From positions 877 to 64,876 of the forward strand of contig JAYZKK010000043.1 of NCBI GenBank assembly GCA_036163555.1: 64,000 nt of DNA, in the 5' to 3' direction. The position numbers were made by a program, and so were the translations under genes. The notes beneath the pieces were generated by a model. That model did no database searches, had not been told where the DNA came from, and worked only from the letters and a program-made list of their open reading frames with translations. This DNA comes from Actinomycetota bacterium (GTDB lineage: Bacteria; Actinomycetota; Acidimicrobiia; Acidimicrobiales; Poriferisodalaceae). Positions 59,798-64,000 of this stretch are shown here, piece by piece (positions within the stretch are counted from its first letter, which is position 1; each line of letters begins with the position of its first letter).

Positions 59798-60715
59798 CTA
59801 AGTGATTAACCCTCCATCAAAGGGTTGGCCGTCCATTCCTGAATTAAGTTGTGCTTCAGAGACGAGACGTCTCGCTACATCAGCGATTTCTGTTGGGTCA
59901 TCTACAGCTTCAGTCATGGGTCCGCGATGCCAGCCGTTAGCTACCGCCAACATGCGGCCCGAGGCCTCAAAAATTCGACCTGTCACATCAGCGGATTCAG
60001 CACTTTGCAGCCACGTAACTATTGGAGCTATGTACCTAGGGTGCATCGCTGCTTTATCTTCCTCTGAAGCTTGACCCAGCCCCAGATCCTCAGTCATTCG
60101 AGTAAGAGCGCCGGGAGCTATTGCATTGACCCTCACTCCATATCTTTGCAGCTCGCGCGCCGCGATTATTGTGAACGCAGCGATACCCATTTTCGCTGCG
60201 CCATAGTTTGTCTGGCCCGGGTTTCCATAGAGCCCTGAAACCGAAGTCGTATTTACTATCGATGCGTTTACTGTCTCGCCAGCTTTCGCCTTGTCTCGCC
60301 AGTAAGCCGCAGCCCAACGAGCAGGAGCGAAGGTGCCTTTGAGGTGGACCTGGATAACGGCATCCCACTCTGCCTCCGTCATGTTTACCAACATCCGGTC
60401 TCGCAAGATCCCGGCATTGTTAACAATGCCAGTGAGGTCACCATAGGTTTCAATCGCTTGGTTGACCATCCGCTGAGCCCCTTCCCAATCGGAGACATCA
60501 TCTCCGTTAGCTACAGCCTCACCACCCATCGCTTCAATTTCTGCGACCACCTCGTCTGCTGGTCCTAAGTCAGATCCCGTTCCGTCGCGAGCACCGCCTA
60601 AGTCATTAACAATGACCTTCGCTCCCTGTTCAGCAAGCATCACGCAATGCTCCCTGCCTATGCCGCGGGCTCCGCCTGTCACGATTACAACGCGTCCTTC
60701 ACACAGCTTGCTCAT
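59798..60715 (-). CDS. short-chain dehydrogenase (3-hydroxyacyl-CoA dehydrogenase, MFE-2 type)
   Basis: TGGARGIG, VIVNDLG, NNAGILRD, VHLKG, GNPGQTNYGAAK. Confidence 0.9.
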   Translation of the reverse strand: MSKLCEGRVVIVTGGARGIGREHCVMLAEQGAKVIVNDLGGARDGTGSDLGPADEVVAEIEAMGGEAVANGDDVSDWEGAQRMVNQAIETYGDLTGIVNNAGILRDRMLVNMTEAEWDAVIQVHLKGTFAPARWAAAYWRDKAKAGETVNASIVNTTSVSGLYGNPGQTNYGAAKMGIAAFTIIAARELQRYGVRVNAIAPGALTRMTEDLGLGQASEEDKAAMHPRYIAPIVTWLQSAESADVTGRIFEASGRMLAVANGWHRGPMTEAVDDPTEIADVARRLVSEAQLNSGMDGQPFDGGLIT

Positions 60716-60870
60716 GTTTGACCCCTTCACCGACTTCTACGAAGAGCCGATCTACGTTACGAATATCTGGGTGATTCTGGCATTTCCTGAAGCAACTTGC
60801 TCAGGCTTCTTGCCTAGCACAATCAGCGGAAATAATCCGATGAGTTGACCCGCGCACATTACCTGACTAG

Positions 60871-62670
60871 ATGGCCCTACCATCCAGTTACGTGCGTGAG
60901 CTACTTCGCCTCCCACGCTGGGCTCTTATGCTTGGCCTACCAATGCTCATTGCCGTTCTGGTTTTGAGTGTTTGGATCGTTGACGCCACCATTCATCGAG
61001 ACCGAGTAGTTAGAAACGTAAAAATCGCGGGAGAAACGGTCGGCGGACTCAGCGATATCGCGCTTCGAGCCCGAGTTGACGCCATCGCTGATCGCTTGGC
61101 CGACACTCAGATTGTCATCCAGAGCGAGCTGGGCGACGCTAGTTGGGTTGCAAGCGACCTAGGTGTTTCTTTGGACGTAATCACTACATTCGAAGCGGTC
61201 ATGAACACTAGGCGGGAGGGACTACTCAACCGACCTATTGACTGGCTTTCAGCTCTCACCTCGAGCACGGCTGCCGAAATCGCAATCAATATCGACCTGC
61301 CAACACTGGAAAGGTCCTTGCACTCGAATCCACGGCTTCGGCGGGCACCGGTTGAACCGTCGATAAGCATCGGAACCAGTGATCTACAACTGGTGCCCGG
61401 AATGGCCGGCCAGTTAATTGACGTCGAAGATGCTGCCGCTGCAATAACCAAAGTCCTCCAGCAAGGCTCCACACCTACGGTCCAAGCCGCCACAGTGGAA
61501 GTTCCTACGGAATTCAGTGATGAAGCAATCAGCGAACTCATCGCCGAAGCGAACCGGTCGGTACAAACCACTCTAAGAGTTCGACTCAATGACTACGAAA
61601 CCTTGGTAGCTCCGCGCATCGTCGCGAGTTGGTTCGTCTTAGATCTTGAGGACTCCCAACCATCCTTGAAGCTCGAAGCGTCACTCATTCTTCAATCTCT
61701 CGAAGAGTTACTGATGCCAGGAAACACCGGCGCGGGCCAGGCGCAATTCGAGATTCGCGACGGCACCGTCAAGATCATTTCTTCAGACGGCGGCACAGCA
61801 TGTTGCCAACGTGATGCCGTGAACATAGTCACGACAGCACTAGAAACACACCAGGGAGAACAAGTTCACGTCCTCCCGAACAGACCAGCCGCCCCGCGTG
61901 AAGCTGTGAATCGGCTAGAAGCCCTTGGGATAGTGGAGAAGGTTTCGTCCTTCACCACCCAATATTCTTGCTGCGTCGGACGCGTCACTAACATTCAAAA
62001 ATTTGCTGAGATAGTAAGCGGAACATGGATTAAGCCAGATGGCCGATTGTCACTCAACGAAACTGTCGGTCGTCGCACCGAAGAGAAGGGTTTCGTTCCG
62101 GGAGGCTTCATTTCGAAAGGTCACCTTGTCGAAGATATCGGTGGCGGCGTTTCACAATTTGCTACGACCATCTTCAACGCTGCTGTTCGCGCCGGACTCG
62201 ATTTCGAGTATTACCAAGCACACTCAATCTATTTTGAGCGCTATCCGTACGGTCTTGAAGCAACAATCTCATACCCTCGGCCGGATTTAGTCATAACCAA
62301 CCCGACTCCTTTCGGTGTCCTTATTTGGAATAGTTGGACCGACGAATCAGTAACCGTTGATATTTACTCGACTTCGAACGTTGAAGTGATGCTTCAGGAG
62401 CCGACCGAAGAACCCTTCGACCTATGTACTCGAGTTAAAACTGAACGTATTCGAACTTGGCAGGACCGCCCCGCGGAGTCGGATTATTTCTTCGCAACTT
62501 ACCGTCCAGAAGAAGGCCTTAACTGCGATGGAACTCCCTCCGACCCCGACCAAACAACCACAACTATCGCTGAAGGACCACAAGAACCTGAAGAACCTAC
62601 CGAGGGCTCCGACGATGCTCCGCAAGAGAATTCGCCTACCACTACGACTTCAATAGCGAATCAAAACTGA
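60871..62670 (+). CDS. VanW family protein with N-terminal membrane anchor
   Basis: N-terminal TM, RVTNIQ, SLNETVGRRTEEKGF, GGGVSQFATTIFNA, HSIYFERYPYGLEATIS. Confidence 0.88.
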   Translation: MALPSSYVRELLRLPRWALMLGLPMLIAVLVLSVWIVDATIHRDRVVRNVKIAGETVGGLSDIALRARVDAIADRLADTQIVIQSELGDASWVASDLGVSLDVITTFEAVMNTRREGLLNRPIDWLSALTSSTAAEIAINIDLPTLERSLHSNPRLRRAPVEPSISIGTSDLQLVPGMAGQLIDVEDAAAAITKVLQQGSTPTVQAATVEVPTEFSDEAISELIAEANRSVQTTLRVRLNDYETLVAPRIVASWFVLDLEDSQPSLKLEASLILQSLEELLMPGNTGAGQAQFEIRDGTVKIISSDGGTACCQRDAVNIVTTALETHQGEQVHVLPNRPAAPREAVNRLEALGIVEKVSSFTTQYSCCVGRVTNIQKFAEIVSGTWIKPDGRLSLNETVGRRTEEKGFVPGGFISKGHLVEDIGGGVSQFATTIFNAAVRAGLDFEYYQAHSIYFERYPYGLEATISYPRPDLVITNPTPFGVLIWNSWTDESVTVDIYSTSNVEVMLQEPTEEPFDLCTRVKTERIRTWQDRPAESDYFFATYRPEEGLNCDGTPSDPDQTTTTIAEGPQEPEEPTEGSDDAPQENSPTTTTSIANQN

Positions 62671-62700
62671 ATCCTCTATGGGCTGCTACTAGGTAGCCTC

Positions 62701-63909
62701 TTGGAGGTGTTTCAGTGTGACGTCCTAATCGTAGGAGCCGGACCGGCCGGATGTGCTGCCGCGATCACAGCTCAAAGACTCGGTTTAGAAGTCGTTGTAA
62801 TAGACAAAGCAGTATTTCCTAGAGACAAATGCTGTGGTGACGGCCTAACGACTCTGGCATTGCGCGAACTTGAACATCTGGGACTTCGTCCCGACGCTGA
62901 CAGTTGGACGATAGTCCGAGATGTATTCCTTCGTTCTCCGTCTGGTAGAGAAGTTCATTTGAAACTCCCAGACCATCAAGGCCAATACGCGGCTGTGGTC
63001 AAGCGCATCGAGCTAGATGCCGAGCTAGTGCAATTAGCCCTCGACACTGGGGTTAAAGTTCATCAGGGTTTCGCGTTCAGTCAGATCAAGGTCGCGTCAC
63101 AGGGGGCCCAAATCTCTCTCCAAGACGGGAAGACCATCACCACTAAACATGTAGTAGCTGCAGATGGCATGTGGTCGCCAGTTCGGAAGGCTTTGGGTTG
63201 CACTCCAATTGGCTACCGAGGCGATTGGCATGCATTTAGGCAATATGTGAAAGCAGATGGCCCCAGAAGTAGAGACTTGTGGGTGTGGTTTGAGAAAGAT
63301 TTGCTTCCCGGGTACCTGTGGTCTTTTCCTTTAGCCGACGGTCGAGTGAACCTGGGCTTTGGAGTGCCTCGACGGGACGGTCTGAATGGCAAACAATTGG
63401 CTGCGATTTGGCAGGGACTCTTGGAGCGTCCTTCTGTACGACAAGTGCTGGGAAAAGTAGAACTCGAGGATTCCCGCAGTGCTTGGCCTATTCCGGCTCG
63501 ACTTCCTAAGGCACAACTAGCGGAAGGACCAGTTTTGTTCGTCGGAGACGCGGCGACCGCTACTGACCCGCTGACCGGAGAAGGCATCGGGCAGGCTTTG
63601 GAAAGCGGACGTTTAGCTGCACAGGCAATAGCTGCTGACAGCCCATCTGAGCCGGCAGCCGTGACTTACGAGAAAGCTGCGAGAGCAGCTTTTGAACTGG
63701 ACCATCGACTTTCTAAGTCCCTTGGCAACGTCTTGGCGAAGCCAGCGTTAGCAGAACTAGCCCTCAAAGCGGTCGATTCCAGTGCTTGGAGTCGGCGAAA
63801 TTTCGTGCGCTGGATGTTTGAGGATTACCCACGAGCCTCACTCATCAACCCCAAACGTTGGCGAAAGGGTCTTTTTGACACATCTGGTGCTTGGTCAATC
63901 CAAAACTAA
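62701..63909 (+). CDS. geranylgeranyl reductase family FAD oxidoreductase (MenJ-like)
   Basis: DVLIVGAGPAG, FPRDKCCGDG, AADG, GYLWSFP, VGDAA..DPLTGEGIGQALESG. Confidence 0.88.
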   Translation: MEVFQCDVLIVGAGPAGCAAAITAQRLGLEVVVIDKAVFPRDKCCGDGLTTLALRELEHLGLRPDADSWTIVRDVFLRSPSGREVHLKLPDHQGQYAAVVKRIELDAELVQLALDTGVKVHQGFAFSQIKVASQGAQISLQDGKTITTKHVVAADGMWSPVRKALGCTPIGYRGDWHAFRQYVKADGPRSRDLWVWFEKDLLPGYLWSFPLADGRVNLGFGVPRRDGLNGKQLAAIWQGLLERPSVRQVLGKVELEDSRSAWPIPARLPKAQLAEGPVLFVGDAATATDPLTGEGIGQALESGRLAAQAIAADSPSEPAAVTYEKAARAAFELDHRLSKSLGNVLAKPALAELALKAVDSSAWSRRNFVRWMFEDYPRASLINPKRWRKGLFDTSGAWSIQN

Positions 63910-64000
63910 ATGCACTTCTAGTTGCATAACAGCAAGGTGACAAGACAATCTTTGTGGGTGTCGGAATGGAACCCATCCAGTGAGCATCTCAACTTCAGTC

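Noticed and set aside
60871-62670. Vancomycin resistance determinant; likewise beta-lactamase (57118-58116) or rifampin resistance (52791-54542)
   Set aside because: VanW and MBL folds are widespread outside resistance loci; no vanHAX; the MBL has no signal peptide; the swivel protein lacks the ATP-grasp domain of Rph

Overview
64-kb core-chromosome segment from an actinobacterium, most likely class Acidimicrobiia (inferred from GTP-type PEPCK, NucS, a SepIVA-like gene, FtsY with an N-terminal membrane anchor and many leaderless-looking genes). Positions 1-33.3 kb hold a minus-strand housekeeping run: infB-nusA-rimP, ispG-rseP-dxr-cdsA-frr-pyrH-tsf-rpsB, xerC, rplS-trmD-rimM-khpA-rpsP, ffh-ftsY-smc-fpg-like-rnc-acpP-plsX-rpmF-yceD-sepIVA-coaD-rsmD-recG-DAK2. 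The second half mixes metabolism (PEPCK, CoA transferases, hydratase/SDR, CysQ, Aap-type amino-acid ABC transporter) with DNA repair (UvrD2, Xth, NucS, YaaA). I found no rRNA, tRNA, CRISPR array, IS element or prophage. Main oddities: (i) a 150-bp intergenic array of nine CGCGCGA motifs in 9-bp-spaced dyads, with a perfect 20-bp inverted repeat, directly upstream of a stand-alone basic PARP-type zinc-finger gene; (ii) a full-length Fpg/MutM homologue lacking essentially all catalytic and zinc-finger residues; (iii) three ORFs missed by the ORF track (a CTG-start DUF4145-like gene, a 36-aa membrane peptide, a 52-aa zinc ribbon); (iv) a phospho-His swivel enzyme with no ATP-grasp domain and a structured leader. 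All family assignments come from motif recognition by eye; no database searches were run.
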